From NCBI GenBank assembly GCA_001822065.1, contig MHPJ01000015.1, forward strand, positions 7,186 to 71,185: DNA of 64,000 bases, in the 5' to 3' direction. This document shows positions 8,878 to 16,379 of the stretch, piece after piece. The stretch is from Candidatus Staskawiczbacteria bacterium RIFOXYB1_FULL_37_44 (GTDB lineage Bacteria; Patescibacteriota; Minisyncoccia; Minisyncoccales; Staskawiczbacteraceae). The position numbers were made by a program, and so were the translations under genes. The notes beneath the pieces were generated by a model. It saw nothing but the letters and a program-made list of their open reading frames with translations, made no database searches and was not told where the DNA came from. Position 1 is the stretch's first letter, and each line of letters begins with the position of its first letter.

Positions 8878-10164
8878 ATGAAAACAAATCATAAAATTGT
8901 AATCGGCGACTCACGGAGTATGATGGAATTGCGTGACAAGTCAGTCCATTTAATTGTTACATCGCCTCCTTATTGGCAATTAAAAGATTATGGAACGGAT
9001 ACGCAAATTGGTTTCAATGACAGCTATGAAGATTATATTAATAATTTAAATTTAGTTTGGAATGGATGCCATCGAGTCTTGGAAAATGGATGTCGATTGT
9101 GTATAAACATAGGAGATCAATTTGCCCGTGCTGTCTATTATGGTCGTTATAAAGTAATCCCGATAAGGACAGAAATAATAAAATTTTGTGAAATAATCGG
9201 GTTTGACTACATGGGGTCTATTATCTGGCAAAAGACAACGACGATGAACACAACCGGAGGGGCAACTATTATGGGCAGTTTTCCATATCCCAGGAATGGA
9301 ATTTTAAAATTAGATTATGAGTTTATTTTGATATTTAAAAAACAAGGTCAATCCCCGAAAATTGATAGGGAGATAAAAGAAAAATCTAAATTAACCAAAG
9401 AAGAGTGGAACGAATATTTTCAAGGGCACTGGAATTTTTCAGGAGCAAGGCAGGACGGGCATATCGCCATGTTTCCAGAAGAATTGCCGAAAAGACTCAT
9501 CAAAATGTTTTCTTTTGTCGGAGACACTGTTTTGGATCCATTTTTAGGAAGTGGCACGACATCTTTGGCTGCGAAAAATCTTGAGCGAAATTCAGTCGGA
9601 TATGAAATCAACTCAAATTTTATATCAAACATAAAAAATAAAGTTGAAACAAACTCCGCGAACGCTATTTTTACATATGCAAAACAAGATTCTAAAAAAT
9701 ATAATTTTTCTGAAATGGTTAAAAATCAGGCATATTTATTTAAGGATCCGCATAAATTAGATAAGAAAATAGATATAAAAAAATTGCAATTTGGTTCGAA
9801 AATAGATGATAGCGCAACACGGGCGAATGAAATTTTTTATACAGTCAAAGAAATTCTTGGTCCTGAAAAAATAAAATTAAACAACGATCTAATTGTTCGA
9901 CTGTTGGGCGTCAAACCTAATCCAGAAATAAATGAAATCGCGATCGATTTTTTGACAAATAAAATAAAGGGGCAAAAAGTATTTATGAGATTTGATGATT
10001 TAAAATACGATAACCAAAATAATCTTTTATGCTATTTATATTTACAAAATAAAACTTTTATAAACGCTCATCTAATAAAAGGTGGGTATGCATTAGTTAA
10101 TAATGAAATGGATTACAAATACAAAGAAAAATTTAATAATTTATTAATAACCTATGGCAAATAA
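8878..10164 (+). CDS. DNA methyltransferase (beta-class N4C/N6A) with C-terminal SNase-like domain
   Basis: 428-aa ORF. Motif IV IVTSPPYW precedes motif I LDPFLGSGTT. C-terminus IVRLLGVKPNPE...NLLCYLYLQNKTFINAHLIKGGYALV resembles staphylococcal-nuclease fold proteins but lacks the usual GIDAPE. Confidence 0.85.
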   Translation: MKTNHKIVIGDSRSMMELRDKSVHLIVTSPPYWQLKDYGTDTQIGFNDSYEDYINNLNLVWNGCHRVLENGCRLCINIGDQFARAVYYGRYKVIPIRTEIIKFCEIIGFDYMGSIIWQKTTTMNTTGGATIMGSFPYPRNGILKLDYEFILIFKKQGQSPKIDREIKEKSKLTKEEWNEYFQGHWNFSGARQDGHIAMFPEELPKRLIKMFSFVGDTVLDPFLGSGTTSLAAKNLERNSVGYEINSNFISNIKNKVETNSANAIFTYAKQDSKKYNFSEMVKNQAYLFKDPHKLDKKIDIKKLQFGSKIDDSATRANEIFYTVKEILGPEKIKLNNDLIVRLLGVKPNPEINEIAIDFLTNKIKGQKVFMRFDDLKYDNQNNLLCYLYLQNKTFINAHLIKGGYALVNNEMDYKYKEKFNNLLITYGK

Positions 10165-10861
10165 AATATCAAAAAAGTTTTCGGCAGAATTTGGTAAAAA
10201 AGAAAAAGTTCTTAACTACGCCTGTCAAACCTATCAACTATCCCGGCCCAATAAAGTTGGGGCAGTGATGTCCTTAATAAGAGAATGCCAGCCGAAAACA
10301 ATAAACGAATGGGAAAAGTGGTATTTTGAAAAAGCATTTACTGAAGGCAAAAGTCCTATAAAAATAACACCAGAAATTTTGAATGAATTAGGCGAGCGTT
10401 TGTATGAAAAAATTACTGAAGTTGTAATCCCCGAATGGCAGGCAGCATTTAACGAACTATCTCTGGAGGATTGTAAAGATTATGTTTATAATTTAACGGT
10501 AAGACGCACTTACGACGGTTTTATACGCGAGAAGTCGGTCGTGAACGATGGGTTGTCGAAAATTTTTCTAGAGGTAAAATTTATTGAAAGCGAAAACGAC
10601 CTTGATCATGCTGGAGATATAGACTATCTGGGTTTTGTGGATAAATTTGCTTTTGGGATACAAATAAAACCAATTACAGCAAGGGCAAATTTTGGGAATT
10701 ATTCTGTATCTGAAAGGATGAAAAATAATTTTATTGATTTCGAAAATAAATATAAAGGTAAGGTTTTTATTATTTTCAGTTTAGATGGGGAGATAGGCAA
10801 CAAAGAAGTATTAAAAGAAATTCAAAAAGAGATAGGAAGATTAAAAAATTTTAAAACTTAA
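10154..10861 (+). CDS. Putative type II restriction endonuclease (partner of the 8878 methyltransferase)
   Basis: 235-aa ORF overlapping the methyltransferase gene stop by 11 nt. PD-(D/E)xK-like GDIDYLG...GIQIKP. Confidence 0.5.
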   Translation: MANKISKKFSAEFGKKEKVLNYACQTYQLSRPNKVGAVMSLIRECQPKTINEWEKWYFEKAFTEGKSPIKITPEILNELGERLYEKITEVVIPEWQAAFNELSLEDCKDYVYNLTVRRTYDGFIREKSVVNDGLSKIFLEVKFIESENDLDHAGDIDYLGFVDKFAFGIQIKPITARANFGNYSVSERMKNNFIDFENKYKGKVFIIFSLDGEIGNKEVLKEIQKEIGRLKNFKT

Positions 10862-10883
10862 AAATTAATTGAAAAATAAAAAT

Positions 10884-11042
10884 ATGGGGAAAATAAATAC
10901 CGAGTGGCATAAAAAAAACAAAATGCCGAAGAATCCGAAGCTTGAAGGAAAAATTAAATGGCACGAAGGCCACGCGAAAAATTGCAGTTGCCGGGATTCC
11001 TTGGGCCTTTGGGCAAAACTCAAAAAATCCAATAAGCTTTGA
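10884..11042 (+). CDS. Small basic protein, 52 aa (below the ORF-track cutoff)
   Basis: Hand translation: MGKINTEWHKKNKMPKNPKLEGKIKWHEGHAKNCSCRDSLGLWAKLKKSNKL. Starts right after the conserved right flank of the RM cassette. Confidence 0.35.
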   Translation: MGKINTEWHKKNKMPKNPKLEGKIKWHEGHAKNCSCRDSLGLWAKLKKSNKL

Positions 11043-11142
11043 AATAAAGTTTTGCGGTTAACCCATGTTAACCTGAACCCGCCAAAGAGCGGTTTTTTAG
11101 TTGAATAAGAAGGGATTTTTTGATAAGATAACGTTAAATTCA

Positions 11143-13011
11143 ATGCAAGAGAACATTCGAAATTTTTCTATCATAGCTCACATTGATCATGGGAAGTCTA
11201 CTTTGGCAGACAGGCTTTTGGAATTGACCGGCACTATAGACCCAAAAAAAATGATGCCGCAGTTTTTAGATTCAATGGATTTGGAAAGGGAGAAAGGAAT
11301 TACCATCAAGCTAAAATCAATTAGAATGGAGTTGGACGAATTGAAAATTGAAAATTTAAAATTGAAAATTCCAAGTTCAAGATATATCTTGAACTTGGTA
11401 GATACTCCCGGGCACGTGGATTTTTCTTATGAAGTTTCAAGGTCTTTGGAAGCTGTTGAAGGCTGCTTGCTTTTAGTGGATGCAACGCAGGGAATTCAAG
11501 CGCAAACGTTGGCAAATTTGGAATTGGCTCTCGGGCATAGCCCTACGGGCGAGCCCAAAAAACAAAATTTAAAAATAATTCCTGTTGTAAATAAAATTGA
11601 TTCGCCAATTGCGAAAGTTGAGGAGTCTGTTGAAGAGCTTTCAAATTTGTTGAACATAATGCCAGATGAAATTATAAAAATTTCTGCAAAAGACGGAACA
11701 AATGTAATGCAGGTTTTAGAGACTATAATAAAAGAAGTGCCGGCTCCCGCGAATACCGGGAATTCGCGGGAGAGTGTTTTTAGGGCGTTGATTTTCGATT
11801 CTGAATATGATTCTTTTAAGGGTGTAATTGCTTTTGTGCGCGTTGTGGATGGAGAAATCTCTGTTAATGAAAAAATTAATTTGATGGCTACAAATACAAA
11901 TGCCGAAGTAAAAGAACTTGGTTATTTAACTCCAGCATTTTCTGCGCAGAAAAAACTTTTAGCAGGTGACATCGGGTATATTGCAACCGGAATTAAAGAG
12001 CCGGGAAAAGTTACAGCCGGAGATACTATAACGAAACTCGAAGCACGAAATCCGAAATCCGAAACAGTTGAACCGTTGCCAGGATATAAAAAACCCGTGC
12101 CAATGGTTTTTGCCAGCTTGTATCCTGAAAATCCGGATGACTTTGACACGTTAAAAGTTGCTTTGGGAAAATTAAAATTAAACGATCCGGCTTTGGTTTT
12201 TGAGCAGGAAATGAAAGAGGCTTTGGGAAGGGGATTTAATTGCGGTTTTTTGGGAACCTTGCATATTGAAATTATTTCCGAAAGATTGCAGAGAGAATTT
12301 GGTTTGAGTTTGGTAATTTCAACTCCATCTGTGGTTTATAAAGTTTTTGATATGAAGGGAAAAGAAATTTTAATTCATTCCGCAACCGATTGGCCAGATC
12401 AATCCAGCATAAAAAGTTCTGAAGAGCCGTGGGTGTCTTTGGAAGTTGTGGCGCCGTCTAACCAAATGGGAAAATTAATGGAAATTTTAAAAAGTTTGAA
12501 GGGTAATTATTTGCAAACAGATTATTTAAGTCCGGAGAGGGCAATTATAATTTTTGAAACTCCTTTACGGGGGATTATTGCGAATTTGTATGACAAAATA
12601 AAAACAGCCAGCCAAGGTTATGCTTCAATGAATTATAAAATGCTGGGATTTAGGCCCGCGAAATTGGTAAAAATGGAAATTCTAATTGCGGGCCAAAAAG
12701 AAGAAGCATTTTCAAAAATCGTGGCGGAAAATGAATCTTACAATGAGGGGAAAAAAATAGTTGAAAAATTAAAAGATGTTTTGCCTCCCGAGCAGTTTTC
12801 TGTTGCGTTGCAAGCGGTAATCGGCGGCAAAGTAATTGCAAGAGAAACAATTAGTTCAAGAAGAAAAGATGTTACAGGATATTTGTATGGCGGAGATGTG
12901 ACAAGAAAAAAAAAGCTTTTGGAAAAACAGAAAAAAGGAAAAAAATTGATGAAGCAAAAGGGGAAAGTAAATGTTCCCACAAAAGCTTTTTTGGAAGTTT
13001 TTCGAGCTTAA
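11143..13011 (+). CDS. lepA: Translation elongation factor 4 (LepA)
   Basis: IRNFSIIAHIDHGKSTLADRL, LVDTPGHVDF and NKID GTPase motifs; LepA-type C-terminus. Start moved to the ATG at 11143; the ORF-track start at 11101 is TTG. Confidence 0.95.
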   Translation: MQENIRNFSIIAHIDHGKSTLADRLLELTGTIDPKKMMPQFLDSMDLEREKGITIKLKSIRMELDELKIENLKLKIPSSRYILNLVDTPGHVDFSYEVSRSLEAVEGCLLLVDATQGIQAQTLANLELALGHSPTGEPKKQNLKIIPVVNKIDSPIAKVEESVEELSNLLNIMPDEIIKISAKDGTNVMQVLETIIKEVPAPANTGNSRESVFRALIFDSEYDSFKGVIAFVRVVDGEISVNEKINLMATNTNAEVKELGYLTPAFSAQKKLLAGDIGYIATGIKEPGKVTAGDTITKLEARNPKSETVEPLPGYKKPVPMVFASLYPENPDDFDTLKVALGKLKLNDPALVFEQEMKEALGRGFNCGFLGTLHIEIISERLQREFGLSLVISTPSVVYKVFDMKGKEILIHSATDWPDQSSIKSSEEPWVSLEVVAPSNQMGKLMEILKSLKGNYLQTDYLSPERAIIIFETPLRGIIANLYDKIKTASQGYASMNYKMLGFRPAKLVKMEILIAGQKEEAFSKIVAENESYNEGKKIVEKLKDVLPPEQFSVALQAVIGGKVIARETISSRRKDVTGYLYGGDVTRKKKLLEKQKKGKKLMKQKGKVNVPTKAFLEVFRA

Positions 13012-13098
13012 AAACTTATCAACAGCCCCTTGCATGGCGCAGGGGGTTTTTATTTGCTATAATATAGTAATTAGTATTTATAGTGTTTTTAAAATTTT

Positions 13099-14787
13099 AT
13101 GAAACTTAAAATATTTTTGGCAGTATTATTATCGGTATTGATTTTTGCAGTTACCGGACAAGCACTCGCAATTTCTTGGTGTCATACATTTAACACCAAT
13201 TTAGGATATGCGCAGTCTAACTCAAATGATATTGCGACAAAATTAGAAGTAATGAGCCTGCACGTTGCTTTGTTGGATCAAGGAATATCTTACGATCCTG
13301 ACGGGGCCGTAACATATTCAACCGGAACATCGGAAGGTGTAAAACAATTTCAGTCAAAATATTTTATTAGTCCGCAGTCCGGCTGGACGGGGCCTTTAAC
13401 AAGAACAAAATTAAACCAGCTTTACGGTTGTACGTCATCGGGCAACCCGTCTGTTTCTGTTCCTGCCTGTACTGAAAGTAACTGGACATACGTATTGTCT
13501 CCTTCAACGTGTCCGTCATTTGAAATGCAAACTAAAACATGGACAAGAATTGGCAATTGCACAGGAGGAACAACTCATCCTGCAAGCGAAACAATATTTT
13601 GCAATTACAAGCCATCTGTGCCCGTTTGCTTATCATTTACATATTCTAATTGGTCGCTTTGCGCTTCGTCTGGAGTAAAAACAAGAACAGTGGTTTCTTC
13701 TTATCCGGCAGGTTGCGCCGGAGGAAATCCAGTGCTTTCACAATCTTGCGTTTCAAATACGACTGATGCAAACACAAACACCGACACAAATACAAACATA
13801 AACACAAATACCTGCGTTCCAGACTGGGTTTGCAGCGATTGGTCAGATTGCGCCAATAGCCAGCAAACCAAAATATGCGTAGATTTTAACGGATGCGCGG
13901 TTTTAACCAATAAACCTTCAGAAACTCAGTCATGCGCTATGCCGCCGACAGTAGACATTAAGGCATGGGTTGCAACCAGAGCGGATTTGTCAGATGGGCC
14001 GATACTTATATCGAGTAATAAAGGTGTTTATTTGCAATGGACATCGTCAAATGTTGATTCGTGCGTAGCTTCCGGCGGCTGGATAGGAACAAAAAATACA
14101 ACAAACTCAGCCGGATTTTATACCGGCCAATTAACATCTTCGCAAACATATACTATCTCCTGCGCAGGAGCTGGCGGAACTGTAACAGACAGCGTAACTG
14201 TAAATCCGACAATCTCTCCGATTACAGATATTAAAGCTGAAAATGTTAACGGCCCTATTACTATATCCAACAACGGCACTGCAACTTTGAGCTGGGAAAC
14301 TGCAAATGTTAGCTCGTGTTCCTTAATTCCGGTTACATATTGCGTGGGATGCAATCCGGACTACGAAGTAGAAGGGACTCCTGAATCTGTTTTGGATCAC
14401 GGAACAAAATCTGTAACACTTTCTTACAGCCAATATGTGCCTAAAAAGAGTTATATTATTTCCTGTAAAGATTCCTCAGGGAACATTGTGAGCGATACGG
14501 TTTTGGTAAATGTAAGCCAATTAAATGCTCCGAGCGTCGCATTAAGGGCAAACGGAAGATTGAGTTCTGCTGCTATTTTTGAAGGCAATTCAGTAAGTTT
14601 AACATGGACTTCGTCGGGAGCCGACACATGCACGGCGTCTGAAAAATGGAGCGGATCAAAATCTGTTTCTGGTTCTGAAACTGTAACAATGCCCGATTTT
14701 TCCGGATTAACTTATGAATATTCTTTGACCTGTTCCGGACCAACCGGAAAGGCAGAAAGTTCTGTCAAGGTCAGTAGAATTCCTTGA
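13099..14787 (+). CDS. Secreted surface protein: signal peptide, peptidoglycan-binding-like domain, Thr/Asn linker, Ig-like repeats
   Basis: 562-aa ORF. N-terminal hydrophobic leader, a PG_binding_1-like segment (GVKQFQSKYFISPQSGWTGPLTRTKLNQLY), a TDANTNTDTNTNINTNT linker, then repeated ~90-aa Ser/Thr-rich modules each with a Cys pair. Confidence 0.7.
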   Translation: MKLKIFLAVLLSVLIFAVTGQALAISWCHTFNTNLGYAQSNSNDIATKLEVMSLHVALLDQGISYDPDGAVTYSTGTSEGVKQFQSKYFISPQSGWTGPLTRTKLNQLYGCTSSGNPSVSVPACTESNWTYVLSPSTCPSFEMQTKTWTRIGNCTGGTTHPASETIFCNYKPSVPVCLSFTYSNWSLCASSGVKTRTVVSSYPAGCAGGNPVLSQSCVSNTTDANTNTDTNTNINTNTCVPDWVCSDWSDCANSQQTKICVDFNGCAVLTNKPSETQSCAMPPTVDIKAWVATRADLSDGPILISSNKGVYLQWTSSNVDSCVASGGWIGTKNTTNSAGFYTGQLTSSQTYTISCAGAGGTVTDSVTVNPTISPITDIKAENVNGPITISNNGTATLSWETANVSSCSLIPVTYCVGCNPDYEVEGTPESVLDHGTKSVTLSYSQYVPKKSYIISCKDSSGNIVSDTVLVNVSQLNAPSVALRANGRLSSAAIFEGNSVSLTWTSSGADTCTASEKWSGSKSVSGSETVTMPDFSGLTYEYSLTCSGPTGKAESSVKVSRIP

Positions 14788-15106
14788 TATGGCCCGGTTG
14801 CAATCGATATCCTACAAATTGGTCTTTTTGTGCTAAGCCCGATGCCATTACGGGCAAAAATTGTTCTTACAGCAGTCCTTGTCCGACGGGATATTTTTGC
14901 AGTTGCAATTACATAGATAACTGGTATTCCAGCGGCTGTGAAACTCCTCCTTATTATTTTAGCAAGCAATGCTTTAAAAAGGGAAGTTAGGGGATAAAAA
15001 AATAATTTTAAAAACTGCGGGGTAAAAGCCCGCGGTTTTTTTGTGCCTTGATTCGCTTTATTTTTTGTGTTAAAGTAATTTTATTACACAATAAATATGT
15101 AATCAT

Positions 15107-15459
15107 CGCGCTGTGGAGGAGTAGTACCTCGGCAGTCTCATACTGAAGCCCCGTGTAATTGGGGCGGATGCGTGACCCTATGCGGTAACGCGTAGTGGAA
15201 AATTCCTTAAATTGCTGGAAAATCATTAAGTTTTTCTCGCTACAGCATAATCTGAAAAGATAAGTGCGAATGCGTAAAAAGCAGAAAAAATTTGACAATC
15301 AGCATCCAAACCTACAAAATTTTGTGGGGAGGTTCAGAGACTATAATAGGAATCGCCATTCTAATAGGAATTAGAAGGGCGAATGGTATAGTCCATTCCT
15401 TTTAGAAATAAAAGGTATAAAAGAAGCTGCAGGCCCCCGTGCAATTCGGGGCAGCGCAA
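15107..15459 (+). tRNA. Initiator-type tRNA(CAU) split by a group I intron (exons 15107-15141 and 15424-15459)
   Basis: Joined exons fold as a 71-nt cloverleaf with anticodon loop CUCAUAA. C1xA72 mismatch, G2:C71, C3:G70 and A11:U24 match bacterial initiator hallmarks. D-loop AGUAGUA and T-loop UGCAAUU are atypical. Confidence 0.8.
15142..15423 (+). ncRNA. Group I intron (self-splicing ribozyme core)
   Basis: P-like aaattgctggaaaa (15209-15222), Q-like aatcagcatcc (15297-15307), R gttcagagactataa (15332-15346) and S aatggtatagtcc (15382-15394). The 5' exon ends in U and the intron ends in G (15423). Confidence 0.8.
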
Positions 15460-15519
15460 CATATTGCAATTGTCTTGGACTGACGGTATAATAAAATAAA
15501 TATTATATTCGTTAGTCCA

Positions 15520-16218
15520 ATGGCAAACATAATAGAAAAAAATAAAGCCTTGAAATTAAGGCTTGAAGGAAAAAGCATAAGTGAAATTGCGGAAAAATTG
15601 AATGCTCCGAAAAGCACGATTGGTGTTTGGTGCAGAAATATAAAATTAGGGAAAAAACAGATTGAAAGACTGGAAAAAAGACAAATTTCAGGAAGCTATA
15701 AAGGCAGGATGAAATTTTTAGAAAAAATTAGAAGCGAGAGATTATTGCAAACAAAAAAATTAAAGCAGGAAGGACTAAACGATATTAAAAATATTACAAA
15801 GAGAGATTTGTTTGTATCGGGAATAGCAATGTACTTGAGCGAAGGAGCGACATCTGAAAGCAGTGAAGAAGTAAGTTTTACAAATTCAGATTTCCGAACG
15901 ATTATTTTTATGAAGAAATGGTTTATGGAGATTTGCGGAGTATTGGCAGATAAATTTGTAATTCAAATTAGAATCAATGAGGCGCATAAGAATAAAATAA
16001 AAAATACGGAAAATTATTGGTCAAAAATAACTGGTGTTCCATTGAGCCAGTTTACGAAAACTATTTTAATAAAAAGTAAATCAAAAAAAGTTTATCCAAA
16101 AAATAATATTTATTATGGAACGATTAGATTGAAGGTGAGACAGGGTACTCAGTTGAGAAGAAAAATAAACGGATGGGTTGAAGGGTTGTTAAAAAATATA
16201 AACAACATGTCGGGGTAG
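15520..16218 (+). CDS. Free-standing HTH plus LAGLIDADG-like homing endonuclease
   Basis: 232-aa ORF. N-terminal resolvase-type HTH (GKSISEIAEKLNAPKSTIGVW). LAGLIDADG_3-like FVSGIAMYLSEGA...VSFTNSDFRTIIFMKKWF...ENYWSKITGVP. Own TTGCAA-17-TATAAT promoter at 15463-15491. The stop codon lies inside the next tRNA. Confidence 0.55.
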   Translation: MANIIEKNKALKLRLEGKSISEIAEKLNAPKSTIGVWCRNIKLGKKQIERLEKRQISGSYKGRMKFLEKIRSERLLQTKKLKQEGLNDIKNITKRDLFVSGIAMYLSEGATSESSEEVSFTNSDFRTIIFMKKWFMEICGVLADKFVIQIRINEAHKNKIKNTENYWSKITGVPLSQFTKTILIKSKSKKVYPKNNIYYGTIRLKVRQGTQLRRKINGWVEGLLKNINNMSG

Positions 16219-16282
16219 CTCAGTTGGTAAGAGCGTGGCACTCATAACGCCAAGGTCGTGGGTCCGACTCCCACCCTCGACA
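16209..16282 (+). tRNA. tRNA(CAU), elongator Met or Ile2 (undetermined)
   Basis: Cloverleaf by hand: acceptor gtcgggg/cctcgac, D-arm gctc-agttggtaa-gagc, anticodon loop ctCATaa, T-arm gtggg-tccgact-cccac. The T-loop has C at position 55. No encoded CCA. Confidence 0.8.
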
Positions 16283-16300
16283 CACAATAAAATAATTTAT

Positions 16301-16379
16301 GCGGGCATAGTCCAGCCTGGTTCAAGACGCCTCCCTGTCACGGAGGAGATCGGGGGTTCAAATCCCCCTGCCCGCGCCA
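16301..16379 (+). tRNA. tRNA-Asp(GUC), CCA encoded
   Basis: Acceptor gcgggca/tgcccgc, anticodon stem-loop cctcc-ctGTCac-ggagg, canonical T-arm ggggg-ttcaaat-ccccc, discriminator g, then cca (16377-16379). Confidence 0.9.

Noticed and set aside
13752-13805. Imperfect ACA/AAC-rich tract (TDANTNTDTNTNINTNT) in the secreted protein gene as a phase-variation repeat
   Set aside because: The repeat units are imperfect and in frame. It looks like a low-complexity linker rather than a slippage-prone homogeneous tract.
14784-14990. 68-aa Cys-rich ORF overlapping the stop of the secreted protein gene
   Set aside because: It has only a TTG start, no SD and no signal peptide. It could be real, since Cys-rich small proteins exist here, but the support is insufficient to list it as a feature.
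15008-15617. Minus-strand ORFs 15008-15298 and 15402-15617
   Set aside because: They lie antisense across the tRNA exons, the group I intron core and the promoter of the endonuclease gene. The RNA features explain the region better.
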